Shown: piece after piece, positions 1 through 9,262 of the stretch | Position numbering within the stretch: position 1 is the stretch's first letter | How the letters are laid out: every line of letters begins with the position of its first letter | Assembly (NCBI GenBank): GCA_963733295.1 | Contig: CAVTCS010000003.1 | Coordinates: forward strand, 864,001-928,000 | DNA from: Vulcanimicrobiota bacterium | GTDB lineage: Bacteria > Vulcanimicrobiota > Vulcanimicrobiia > Vulcanimicrobiales > Vulcanimicrobiaceae | Direction: 5' to 3' | Length of the DNA stretch: 64,000 nt | Notes under the pieces: model-generated | Databases searched by the model: none | What the model saw: only the letters and a program-made list of their open reading frames with translations | What the model was told of the DNA's origin: nothing | Translations under genes and position numbers: made by a program

Positions 1-683
1 TGCGCCGGATTTTCGTCGGGGACGAGCGCAAGCGCGACCCAGCACTGCGTAAACTCCTCGAGCAGGCGCGCGAGGGCGCGATTCCGGTCCGCTTCGAAAG
101 CCGTTCGTTCTTCTCGCAGTTTCCGTATCGCGCGCATCAGGGCGTCGTCGCCGTGGGCGTGCCCTTTGACTATATTTCGCTCGACGAAGCGCTAGCCGAG
201 GCACCCGCCGCCGGCTACCGGCTCTTTGTCGTTCTCGACCATATCACCGACCCGCACAATGCCGGCGCGATCATCCGCTCGGCAGAGGGGGCGGGAGCAA
301 CCGCGGTCATCCTGCCCGAGCGGCGCGCCGCCGGCGTCAACGCGACGGTGCGAAAGACGGCCGCCGGTGCCACCGCCCACCTGCCGATCGCCCGGGTCGC
401 GAACATCGCCGGGGCTCTGCGGAGCATGAAAAAGGCTCGGATCTGGGTGGCCGGCGCCTCGGGCGACGATGGCGCGCTCGACTACTCGGCGGTCGACCTC
501 AAGTGCGACCTGGCTCTGGTCGTCGGCTCGGAGGGAGACGGTATCTCGCCGGTCGTCCGCAAGGAGTGCGACTACCTCCTCAAGATCCCGATGCGCGGGC
601 AGCTCGACTCCTTGAACGCGTCCGTCGCGGCGGGGATCTTGCTCTTCGAAGCTCGTCGTCAGCAGAGCAAGCAAGCAGGTTGA
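1..683 (+). CDS. rlmB: 23S rRNA G2251 2'-O-methyltransferase (TrmH/SpoU family), 5' truncated by window
   Basis: LDHITDPHNAGAIIRS, VVGSEGDG and SLNASVA SpoU motifs; frame open to window start; lies upstream of sigH. Confidence 0.9.
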   Translation, partial: RRIFVGDERKRDPALRKLLEQAREGAIPVRFESRSFFSQFPYRAHQGVVAVGVPFDYISLDEALAEAPAAGYRLFVVLDHITDPHNAGAIIRSAEGAGATAVILPERRAAGVNATVRKTAAGATAHLPIARVANIAGALRSMKKARIWVAGASGDDGALDYSAVDLKCDLALVVGSEGDGISPVVRKECDYLLKIPMRGQLDSLNASVAAGILLFEARRQQSKQAG

Positions 684-694
684 GCTATTTTGCC

Positions 695-723
695 TTGACG
701 CCTTAGGAGGACCCTCCTATACT
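695..723 (+). promoter_or_regulatory. sigma70-type promoter of sigH
   Basis: TTGACG-17nt-TATACT. Confidence 0.7.
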
Positions 724-796
724 CATAAGGATGTGGCCGGCTCGACGGGCTCCGGCCCGCGATTTCGGCCACGTCGCGCCAAGGAGAAAAAAGAAT

Positions 797-1444
797 ATGG
801 GGGTTGCGCAGGGCGCGCCCGAGGTCCTCGACTATCACGAGCGAGCCGACGAGGACCTCGTGTCCGCCGCTAAGGCGGGCGACAATTTGGCCATGGAGTT
901 CTTGCTCAACAAATACAAGAACTTCGTGCGCATCAAGGCCAAGAGCTACTTCCTGATCGGAGCCGACCGGGAAGACATCATCCAAGAGGGGATGATCGGC
1001 CTTTACAAAGCGGTTCGCGACTTCAAAGCCGACAAGCTTTCGAGCTTTCGCGCCTTTGCCGAGCTGTGCATCACGCGGCAGATCATCACCGCGATCAAGA
1101 CCGCGACGCGTCAGAAGCACATTCCGCTCAATCAGTACATTTCGCTGAACAAGCCGATCTACGACGAAGACAGCGAGCGAACGCTGCTCGACGTTATGGC
1201 CTCGCAGAAGACCTCGGATCCCGAAGAGCTGGTGATCAATCAGGAGGTTTCCGAGGACATCAAGGAGCGCATCCAGGAAAATCTCTCGGATCTCGAATCG
1301 CAGGTGCTGCTCTCGTATCTCGAGGGGAAGAGCTACCAGGAGATGGCGCGCGACTTGAACCGGCACGTGAAATCGATCGACAACGCGCTGCAACGCGTCA
1401 AGCGCAAGATCGAGAAGAACCTCGCTGAGATCGAGCTCCCCTGA
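797..1444 (+). CDS. sigH: RNA polymerase sigma factor SigH
   Basis: YFLIGADREDIIQEGMIGLYKA, KTATRQKHIPLN and SIDNALQRVKRK; AAGGAG upstream of ATG 797. Confidence 0.93.
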   Translation: MGVAQGAPEVLDYHERADEDLVSAAKAGDNLAMEFLLNKYKNFVRIKAKSYFLIGADREDIIQEGMIGLYKAVRDFKADKLSSFRAFAELCITRQIITAIKTATRQKHIPLNQYISLNKPIYDEDSERTLLDVMASQKTSDPEELVINQEVSEDIKERIQENLSDLESQVLLSYLEGKSYQEMARDLNRHVKSIDNALQRVKRKIEKNLAEIELP

Positions 1445-1482
1445 GAGCTCGGGTCCCGCGCGCGGCGTCGTAAGCTAAAGGC

Positions 1483-3117
1483 ATGCGGCGCCGCGACTTT
1501 CTCCCCCTTGTCGCCGGCTCTGCCGCGCTGCCGGCGTGTACGCGCGTCGGCACCGGAAGCACCCCGGGCGAGCGCCACAGCTGGACGGTTCCCCACGTCC
1601 TGCGTTACGCCGATCTCGAGGATCCCGTCGGGTTGAACCCGGTCGTCGCAGTCCACGCCTCCACTTCATGGGTGGCGCAGCTGTGGGCCGCTTGGCTTTT
1701 CCGCTACGACGAAAACTACGCGCCGGTCCCCGAGCTTGCAACGACGGTTCCAACCCTCGAGAATGGGCTCGTCTCCAAAGACGGCAAGCGCATCGTTTTC
1801 AACCTGCGTGCCGCGCTTTGGTCGGACGGGGTTCCGTTTACTTCTAAGGACGTCGCCTTCACCGTCGCGGTCATCCTCGATCCGCGAACGAACGTGACGT
1901 CGCGCGACGGCTGGGATCAAATCGAGCGCGTCGAGACTCCCGATGACCGCACCGCGATCTTCCACATGAAGCAGATCTACGCCGCCTATCTTCCGACGTT
2001 CTTCACGACGGGAGGCGCGAATCCGTGCATCTTGCCCGAGCACGTCGTGCGCGGTCAAGACCCCAACCACGGGCCGTACAATTCGAAACCGATCGGAACC
2101 GGACCATTCGTCGTCGATTCGTGGCTGCGTGGCCAGGGCGTGAGTCTGAGCGCCAACCCGCGCTATTGGAAAGGCCTTCCCAAGCTCAAGCGCGTCGAGT
2201 ACAAAATCATCCCCAACGCGGACACGCTAGTCACCCAGATGAAGAGCCACGAGCTCGACCTCTGGGTCCTGATGAACCCCAACTACTTGAACCAAGTCGA
2301 CGCCATCGACGGAACCCGAATCGTCCGGCAGCGCTCGGCCTTCTGGCGCCACTTCGATTGCAACTGCAGTCATCCGGCGCTCGTCGAAATCCCCGTGCGG
2401 CAAGCGTTAAACTATGCGATCGACCGGCAAACGATCATTGAGAAAACGCTCCACGGTGTGGGGGAAGTGAACTGGTCGGTCCTTTCACCGAATTCATACG
2501 CCTACGATCCACACGTCAAGCAGTATCCGTTCGATCTTGCAAAGGCCAACGCACTCCTCGACGGAGCCGGCTGGAAGAACGGGGCCGACGGAGTACGTGC
2601 GAAGGGCGGTATGCGTTTGCATTTCGACTTCGCGTTGCTCAGCGGCGACCCGGCCTGGCAACAGATCCTGGAGCTGACGCGCTCGACCTGGCACTCGATC
2701 GGCGTGACCTTCGATACGAAGCCCTACCTCTCGAGCTTATATTTTGCCCAAATTCAGGACGGCGGCATCGTCAACTCCGGAAAATACGACGTTTGCGCAT
2801 TTCAATGGGGCAACACTCCGTCGCCCCAAGACGCGGTCACTCTCTACTGCAGCGACCAGATTCCACCGCAGGGCCAAAACAGTCTGCGCTACGTGAACGC
2901 GCAGGTCACCGAAGCATTGCACGCGACGACGCGCACGCTCGACCGTGCCGAACAGATTCGCCTGTTCGCGATCGTGCAGCGGATCATCGCCGAGGAGTGT
3001 CCGACGTTCCCGATCGTGCAGAACGTCGATCTCTTCCCGGTCAACGTCGATCTCAAGAACTTCCGCCCGACGGCCGCGAGCGGGCCCTTCGACTTCATGA
3101 TGGAGACGGATATCTGA
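1483..3117 (+). CDS. Peptide ABC transporter substrate-binding protein (family 5), Tat-like lipoprotein signal
   Basis: MRRRDFL...LPAC N-terminus; WSDGVPFTSKDV and PIGTGPF motifs. Confidence 0.88.
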   Translation: MRRRDFLPLVAGSAALPACTRVGTGSTPGERHSWTVPHVLRYADLEDPVGLNPVVAVHASTSWVAQLWAAWLFRYDENYAPVPELATTVPTLENGLVSKDGKRIVFNLRAALWSDGVPFTSKDVAFTVAVILDPRTNVTSRDGWDQIERVETPDDRTAIFHMKQIYAAYLPTFFTTGGANPCILPEHVVRGQDPNHGPYNSKPIGTGPFVVDSWLRGQGVSLSANPRYWKGLPKLKRVEYKIIPNADTLVTQMKSHELDLWVLMNPNYLNQVDAIDGTRIVRQRSAFWRHFDCNCSHPALVEIPVRQALNYAIDRQTIIEKTLHGVGEVNWSVLSPNSYAYDPHVKQYPFDLAKANALLDGAGWKNGADGVRAKGGMRLHFDFALLSGDPAWQQILELTRSTWHSIGVTFDTKPYLSSLYFAQIQDGGIVNSGKYDVCAFQWGNTPSPQDAVTLYCSDQIPPQGQNSLRYVNAQVTEALHATTRTLDRAEQIRLFAIVQRIIAEECPTFPIVQNVDLFPVNVDLKNFRPTAASGPFDFMMETDI

Positions 3118-3171
3118 GAATCCGGCGAGCCGGGGTCTCGCGGGGACGTCGCGAAAGCTAGCGGTGCGCAG

Positions 3172-3245
3172 GCCGACGTAGCTCAGCTGGTCAGAGCGGC
3201 ACTTTTGTAAAGTGCGGGTCATCGGTTCGAATCCGATCGTCGGCT
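3172..3245 (+). tRNA. tRNA-Thr(TGT)
   Basis: Cloverleaf; anticodon arm GCACT-TTTGTAA-AGTGC; GGTTCGAATCC. Confidence 0.93.
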
Positions 3246-3400
3246 CGCATCTGCGTACCCAGGGGCCCGCCCGCCCAAGCCTGGGTGAGACGAGGCTTCG
3301 GCCGCCGTCGCCGTCACGTTCGTGCGCAGCCCGAAGGGTGCGCCCCTTCGTTCCGGTAAGGAAACGGCCCACCAGCCTCCGCTTTTTTAGAGGATAGTTC

Positions 3401-3964
3401 ATGCGTTCTTTCGCGGCCGTCGGCGCCTTCGCGCTGACCGTGTTCCTGGCAGCGCCCGCCTTCGCCACGCCGACCGACGACGTCAAAAATGCGCTCATCG
3501 CATTGAGTCAGGCAACCTCGTATCACCTCGTCATCGATTCGAACGGAAAGACGGGCGAAGGCGACTGGGTCGCTCCCGACAAGATGCAAATGACCTTCGG
3601 ACCCACCGAGATCATCCGGATCGGGACGGCGTCGTGGGTGCACGTTCAAGGTCACTGGATGCAAGTGCCCGCAGCAGCCGCGGGTTCGATGGGTGCCGGC
3701 GCAACGAGCGGCGTCTCACAGGCGCAAAACATGGCCGCGAACGCGAAGGACGTCACCGTCACCGATCTCGGAATGAAGACCGTCGGTGGCGCGACGATGC
3801 ACGCCTATTCGGTCGTGCAAAAGGGTGAAACGTCGCCGCAGATCGTCTACGTCGGCAGCGACGGCCGCGTGCAGCGCATCGAGCGCACGACGTCCGCCGG
3901 AACCTCGAGCATCACGTTTTCGAAGTTCAACCAGCCCGCGACGATTTCGCCGCCGCAGATGTAG
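3401..3964 (+). CDS. Secreted hypothetical protein (possibly LolA/LppX-like fold)
   Basis: Signal peptide ending APAFA; AGAGG RBS; beta-rich mature region. Confidence 0.65.
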   Translation: MRSFAAVGAFALTVFLAAPAFATPTDDVKNALIALSQATSYHLVIDSNGKTGEGDWVAPDKMQMTFGPTEIIRIGTASWVHVQGHWMQVPAAAAGSMGAGATSGVSQAQNMAANAKDVTVTDLGMKTVGGATMHAYSVVQKGETSPQIVYVGSDGRVQRIERTTSAGTSSITFSKFNQPATISPPQM

Positions 3965-3986
3965 ACCAACCTACGCGGCATGAACC

Positions 3987-4442
3987 ATGAACGATAGCAC
4001 GTCTACAGTCGTGGGCCTCGTGGCTTTGCTAATCGCTTTCGCCGGCATCATCTATCTGATTAGCCGAATTGGCGGTTGGCACTCGTTGGCTTTGCGCTAT
4101 CGACGCCCGCCCGGACCGCGCCCGAATACGAAGTTCTGGATGGCTTCGATGGGCATCGGACCACTAATTGGCTACCATGGCTGCGTCATGATCGGTGCCA
4201 ACGAACGAGGCCTTTACCTCTCGGTGTGGCCGTTGTTTCGATTTGGGCATGCGCCGCTTCTCATACCGTGGTCAGCATTGAAGCCTGACCTGGCACGCCG
4301 CTTTCTGTGGGTTACGACACGCCGATACAATGTCGACGGCGGTCCGGTCCTTCAGTTCGCCGGCGGAAAAGTCGTGAAGTTCATCGACGGGCAATTTGCG
4401 AACTGGCAACAGCGACGAACTACGACCGGAGCAACCGCGTGA
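3987..4442 (+). CDS. Hypothetical membrane protein
   Basis: N-terminal TM helix; GGWHSLALRY and GLYLSV...PLLIPW pattern. Confidence 0.65.
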   Translation: MNDSTSTVVGLVALLIAFAGIIYLISRIGGWHSLALRYRRPPGPRPNTKFWMASMGIGPLIGYHGCVMIGANERGLYLSVWPLFRFGHAPLLIPWSALKPDLARRFLWVTTRRYNVDGGPVLQFAGGKVVKFIDGQFANWQQRRTTTGATA

Positions 4443-4676
4443 AGCAGATCGGATTGCTAGGGGCGATCGTCGCCCGCTGAGGACACACCGGCACTAGCCG
4501 AGATCGAAAAAGAGCTCCGTCGCCTCTATGGGGCGGTAGAGAGGGGCGTCGGAGCAACGGCGGGCTCCCGGTGAGGAGGCGAAGGCGGCAGCAACCCTGA
4601 AGGCGCGGGACGCCGACAGGCTAAACGGGAGCAGGCTCGACTTTCACCTCAACTTCCAAAATCGAGCAAATCCTTA

Positions 4677-4761
<85 letters not shown>

Positions 4762-4777
4762 CTGAATTCTCCCGAGC

Positions 4778-4851
4778 GCGGGCGTTGCATAATGGTAATG
4801 CCTCTGCCTTCCAAGCAGAAGTTGCGAGTTCGATTCTCGCCGCCCGCTCCA
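4778..4851 (+). tRNA. tRNA-Gly(TCC)
   Basis: TCTGC-CTTCCAA-GCAGA anticodon arm; encoded CCA. Confidence 0.93.
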
Positions 4852-4931
4852 GTTCTCGCCTGATTTTTGTTAAACGAGTCGGGTGAATAACATACGGAAG
4901 GAGCCGCGCAAGGCTTCTTTAACGCGAGCGC

Positions 4932-5594
4932 ATGAGTCGACGGCGATTCTGGAAAAATCTTCTGGCCGTGACCCTGCTGCTCGGTGCCGTGCAGCCATGC
5001 GTCGCCGCCGTTCCCGGCTTCTCTCCGCAAGCCGTGTTTGCGCTGTCTGACCGGACGAATATCGATAGCCGGTGTCAGGCTGCGAGGAATTTTGCGGACA
5101 AGGCGTCGCAGGGAACCGACTCAATTTCGGCCGACGACGCCGTCGCGGCTGCAAACGAGTTGGCGGCATGCGAACGCTTACCGAATTTGAGTCCGGACGT
5201 CGACAGGCAGCGTTACCTCATCCTTGCGGTGGCCGCGGCCCTGTACCTCGCGGCAACGAAAACGACCGGCGACGCATCGGTGGCACTCTACAAGAAAGCC
5301 GATTCGATTGCCGCACTCCTCGGTGGCGATCCGCCGGATAATACAAACGGCCTTAAGGCCGTTAGATATGACAACACAACGACTCCGGAAACCCCGGAAG
5401 ACGAAGTTAAGCAAGCCGCAAACGCAAGCACGCCTCAAAATACGACACAGGTCGCTCAGACGGAGTACACCGATCAACGCAATCCGCACGCTTCGGGCCA
5501 GAAGCTAAAGTTCAAAGAGACGGCCTCGCAGCTCCGCGCGAGCGTGGCAGCGCAGCTGAGCCCATCCGCCCCGAAGCCGTCGCCCAGCTCTTAG
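4932..5594 (+). CDS. Exported hypothetical protein
   Basis: RRRFW + hydrophobic signal; 220 aa ORF. Confidence 0.55.
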   Translation: MSRRRFWKNLLAVTLLLGAVQPCVAAVPGFSPQAVFALSDRTNIDSRCQAARNFADKASQGTDSISADDAVAAANELAACERLPNLSPDVDRQRYLILAVAAALYLAATKTTGDASVALYKKADSIAALLGGDPPDNTNGLKAVRYDNTTTPETPEDEVKQAANASTPQNTTQVAQTEYTDQRNPHASGQKLKFKETASQLRASVAAQLSPSAPKPSPSS

Positions 5595-5673
5595 TGCATG
5601 CGTGTACGCGCGGCCCAGGAAACCTGCGAATCGTAGCAAAGCGGCGGTAAAACGGTTCGTGAAGGGATGAGCG

Positions 5674-6789
5674 ATGAGCACAGTGCGGCTCTTGGTCGGA
5701 ACGCGCAAGGGCGCATTCGTGATGACGGCGGATGGGCGTCGCGAGAAGTGGGACGTCAGCGGTCCGCACTTCGCGGGCTGGGAGATCTATCACGTTAAAG
5801 GCTCGCCCGCCGATCCGCAGCGGCTTTACGCGTCGCAGAGCAGCGGCTGGTTCGGACAACTGATCCAGCGCTCGGATGACGGCGGGAAGACGTGGACGCC
5901 GGTCGGCAACGAGTTTACCTACGATGGCGTTCCCGGCACACATCAATGGTACGACGGGACGCCGCATCCGTGGGAGTTCGCGCGGGTTTGGCATCTCGAA
6001 CCGTCGCTGGCCGATCCCGATCTCGTGTACGCGGGCGTCGAAGATGCTGCGCTCTTTCGCTCGACCGACGGCGGCGTGAGTTGGCACGAACTTTCGGGAC
6101 TGCGCGGCCATCAGACCGGTTCGTCATGGCAGCCGGGAGCCGGCGGCATGTGCCTGCACACGATTCTCCTCGACCCGAAGAATCGCGACCGGATCTTCGT
6201 GGCGATCTCGGCTGCGGGCGCGTTTCGCAGCGACGACGCAGGTGCGAGTTGGCGTCCGATCAACCGCGGCTTGCAATCGGCAGGCATACCGGATCCCGAT
6301 GCTGAGGTGGGTCACTGCGTGCACCGCATCGCGCAACACCCATCGCGTCCCGACGTGCTGTTCATGCAGAAGCATTGGGACGTGATGCGCAGCGACGACG
6401 GCGGGAACTCATGGCGTGAAGTCAGCGGGAATCTTCCGAGCGACTTCGGGTTCCCGATCGACATCCACGCGCACGAGCCCGATACCGTCTTCGTCGTCCC
6501 GATCAAGAGCGACTCGGAGCACTTTCCGCTCGACGGAAAACTTGCGGTCTATCGGACGCGGACCGGCGGCGACGAGTGGGAAGCGCTGACGCGCGGGCTG
6601 CCCCAGAGCAACTGCTACGTCAACGTCCTGCGCGACGCAATGGCCGTCGACGCGCTCGATTCGTGCGGCGTGTACTTTGGCACGACCGGCGGTCAGGTCT
6701 ACGCTTCGACCGATGCCGGAGAGAGCTGGAATGCCATCGTACGCGACCTCCCCGGGGTCCTCTCCGTAGAAGTCCAAACGCTGCCGTGA
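5674..6789 (+). CDS. BNR/Asp-box beta-propeller protein (sialidase-like/YCF48-like)
   Basis: Repeated SxDGGxxW Asp-boxes; [11 protein letters not shown]-terminus. Confidence 0.85.
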   Translation: MSTVRLLVGTRKGAFVMTADGRREKWDVSGPHFAGWEIYHVKGSPADPQRLYASQSSGWFGQLIQRSDDGGKTWTPVGNEFTYDGVPGTHQWYDGTPHPWEFARVWHLEPSLADPDLVYAGVEDAALFRSTDGGVSWHELSGLRGHQTGSSWQPGAGGMCLHTILLDPKNRDRIFVAISAAGAFRSDDAGASWRPINRGLQSAGIPDPDAEVGHCVHRIAQHPSRPDVLFMQKHWDVMRSDDGGNSWREVSGNLPSDFGFPIDIHAHEPDTVFVVPIKSDSEHFPLDGKLAVYRTRTGGDEWEALTRGLPQSNCYVNVLRDAMAVDALDSCGVYFGTTGGQVYASTDAGESWNAIVRDLPGVLSVEVQTLP

Positions 6790-7082
6790 TCCGCGTCGTT
6801 CTTCCAGCGCACTTGCGCTCGCTCGCGCGCGTCGACGGCGAGGTCCAGCTCGACGTTAGCCACAACGCGACGCAACGCGCCGTGCTCGACGCGCTGGAAG
6901 CGCTCTACCCCGTGTTGCGCGGCACGCTGCGCGATCACGTGACCCAGAAGCGCCGGCCGTTCGTCCGTTTCTTTGCGGTCGAGCGAGATCTATCGCACGA
7001 GGCTCCCGACGCTCCGCTTCCGGAAGCGGTCGCGGCGGGGACCGAACCGTTCCTCATCGTCGGGGCGATGGCAGGCGGTTAA
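6786..7082 (+). CDS. MoaD/ThiS family ubiquitin-like protein
   Basis: GTGA overlap with upstream gene; VVLPAHLR...C-terminal AMAGG. Confidence 0.85.
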   Translation: MIRVVLPAHLRSLARVDGEVQLDVSHNATQRAVLDALEALYPVLRGTLRDHVTQKRRPFVRFFAVERDLSHEAPDAPLPEAVAAGTEPFLIVGAMAGG

Positions 7083-7146
7083 ACTTCTAAGCCGCAAGCA
7101 GGCCCAGGAATTGGCCGAATCGTGCGTAAAGCGGCCAGGCCAAAGC

Positions 7147-7221
7147 GCCCCTGTAGCTCAGCGGTAGAGCACGTCATTGGTAATGACGAGGTCATGGGTT
7201 CAATCCCCATCGGGGGCTCCA
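7147..7221 (+). tRNA. tRNA-Thr(GGT)
   Basis: CGTCA-TTGGTAA-TGACG anticodon arm; encoded CCA. Confidence 0.93.
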
Positions 7222-7269
7222 TCACTTTTTGCGAGTTCCTGTCCCCTAGCGGCGGCCAGAAGCGGCTCT

Positions 7270-7296
7270 GCAAAAGTGTGCGCCTGCGGCCGATAA
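7270..7296 (+). promoter_or_regulatory. Putative sigma28 (FliA/WhiG) promoter upstream of flp
   Basis: Perfect GCCGATAA -10 (7289-7296); weak GCAAAAGT -35. Confidence 0.45.
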
Positions 7297-7460
7297 TAGT
7301 AGCAGCCGCAACCGGGCGGCCGGGGATGAGACCGATGTGTGACGAGGAGTACAGGCGGGGACGCTGACGCACCTCGCGAACGCAAAGGAGCCGACCCCTC
7401 GGTATCCCTCCGGTGGACGGCCTATCACTCACTTACCCTTATAAGCGAGCTAAACACCAA

Positions 7461-7613
7461 ATGACGCGCTTCCTCACTGACGACTCCGGTCAGGGCCTCG
7501 TCGAATATGCCTTGATCATCGCGCTCGTATCGATCGTAGCGATCGCGGCGCTGCAACTCCTTGGCGGAAAAGCCTCCAACACGCTTTCGAACGCGGCGGC
7601 TCAACTCTCGTAG
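7461..7613 (+). CDS. flp: Flp family type IVb/c pilin
   Basis: DDSG|QGLVEYALIIALVSIVAI canonical Flp motif. Confidence 0.9.
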   Translation: MTRFLTDDSGQGLVEYALIIALVSIVAIAALQLLGGKASNTLSNAAAQLS

Positions 7614-7642
7614 TTCGTTCGCCGGTTTTCTAGAGCACAGCC

Positions 7643-7672
7643 AGGGAGGTTGCCCAGCCTCCCTATATTTTC
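7643..7672 (+). terminator. Putative intrinsic terminator between convergent flp and aceB
   Basis: AGGGAGGTT/AGCCTCCCT stem followed by ATATTTTC. Confidence 0.55.
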
Positions 7673-7685
7673 TTATCCTCGAGCC

Positions 7686-9206
7686 TTACACCGGATCGAA
7701 GGCGTGCTGCGAGATCATCGCCTGGCTGATTGTTCTCGCGCGCTCCAACGTCGCTATTTGCGCCCGGTCGGATTCGCCTTTTAGGCGCTGCAGCTCTTCG
7801 TCGAAGAGCGCGTTCACTTCGCCGGCTGTATGCACGCCGTGCTTGATCCGTTGGGCCACCATCAGCCGGTAGATCCGGTCGGTCGCGAGATCCTCCATGT
7901 AACCGTCAAGTAGGCTGGCGCCCTTTCCGTTCAGGTAGCCGTTGCGGTAACGGATGACAGTGCGCACCGCAGCGCGCGTACCCTCGGTGGACGTCTTTCC
8001 GACGCCGGCGACCGAAGGGCGAAGATCGGGTTGCGAATCGAAGCCGGGCTTGAAGCTGCCGAGCTGGTTTGGGTTCGGAAACTGCGCGACGGCGATTGCA
8101 TTCTGGTCCGGATGACCGGTCCAGGCGCCGTCCATCAGACAAGTCGCCTCGTTCTTCTTGTCTTGCTCGAGGACCGCGAGCGCGCGGGCGTTGAGTTCGG
8201 GATCTTCGCGACTCGGATAGAGCGCGGTCATGCCGCCGATTGCGAGCATGCCGTGTTTGTGACAGATCGACGGAATCAGGAGTCGCAAGTTTTGAAAGAA
8301 CGAAACATCGTGCGGGATCGTATTGCGGTCGGGCAATACCCACGCCGGATCTTCGAAGTTGAAGTGAATCAAGCTTGCCATGTAATCCCAGCGCCCGAGG
8401 TTGAGACCGAGCAAATGCTCGCGCAGGTTATACGCGAACTCTTCGAGCTCGAAGGCTAGCGGGTGCGCCTCGACGAGCGCCATACACTTTATGGCGTCTT
8501 TCGGCTGTCTCTTGCTCTCGGCGAGCGCTTGGAGAACGTCGCGCCACCACAGCGCCTCTTCGGCCGACTCCGACTTGGGAATGTAGATGCTCAGCGGGTG
8601 TTTGAGGCGGGAAAAATCGACTTGGTAGGCGAGTAGCGCGAGATCGAAGAGCGACGCCGAGGTCAATTCGTCCGGATAGATTCCCGCCTGACTCAGATGC
8701 AGACCGCGAACCCGCGTCCAAATGACCGTCGACGACGGGTTGATGCCGACGGTGGCGCCGCGTTTTTGGTCTTCGTACGACAGTTCACCGTACAGCGCGG
8801 ATAAGACGTTCCGCATGCCGAGCAGCGTGTGATCCCACTCGTTGACCATCGAATCTTCGAGGTCGAGCATGACGCCGGGCGCTCCCGAGTTGAGCATCTT
8901 GACGACGAGATCGGCTTCGTCGGCGGGGCCCGTCATCTGATTGCGCTGGTCTTGCACCCACGCCGGTAGGTCGATTCGCCAGCTCTGCGTCGTCGCGGCC
9001 GATGGCGGCAAATAGTGTGGTAGGCGACCGGCATGCGCTGCGGCGAGCACGTGTTTGCGCTTCGCGGCGAGCTCCTGCTGACGTGCGGCGAAGCGCTCGT
9101 GGAAGGGACGATAGTAGGCCGCGAAACCGTCCGGTAAATCGCGATCGATATCGAAGCCGGCCGGCGTTGAATTCATCGGGGCGAGCTCGCTTTGCGCGAG
9201 GGTCAC
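7686..9206 (-). CDS. aceB: Malate synthase
   Basis: MLDLEDS, IYIPK, GLNLGRWDY, AIGGM, DGAWTGHP and MEDLAT motifs; GTG start with AAGGAG. Confidence 0.85.
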   Translation of the reverse strand: MTLAQSELAPMNSTPAGFDIDRDLPDGFAAYYRPFHERFAARQQELAAKRKHVLAAAHAGRLPHYLPPSAATTQSWRIDLPAWVQDQRNQMTGPADEADLVVKMLNSGAPGVMLDLEDSMVNEWDHTLLGMRNVLSALYGELSYEDQKRGATVGINPSSTVIWTRVRGLHLSQAGIYPDELTSASLFDLALLAYQVDFSRLKHPLSIYIPKSESAEEALWWRDVLQALAESKRQPKDAIKCMALVEAHPLAFELEEFAYNLREHLLGLNLGRWDYMASLIHFNFEDPAWVLPDRNTIPHDVSFFQNLRLLIPSICHKHGMLAIGGMTALYPSREDPELNARALAVLEQDKKNEATCLMDGAWTGHPDQNAIAVAQFPNPNQLGSFKPGFDSQPDLRPSVAGVGKTSTEGTRAAVRTVIRYRNGYLNGKGASLLDGYMEDLATDRIYRLMVAQRIKHGVHTAGEVNALFDEELQRLKGESDRAQIATLERARTISQAMISQHAFDPV

Positions 9207-9262
9207 GGTAGGAACGCTCCTTCGAGTGTGCGGTTCGCGCCGGCGCGGTCCGGCTGCAACCT

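Noticed and set aside
7320..7425. c-di-GMP riboswitch or 6S RNA upstream of flp
   Set aside because: Only GGACGC/GCAAAG fragments match the riboswitch, and it lacks the symmetric 6S bubble; kept only as an unknown structured leader
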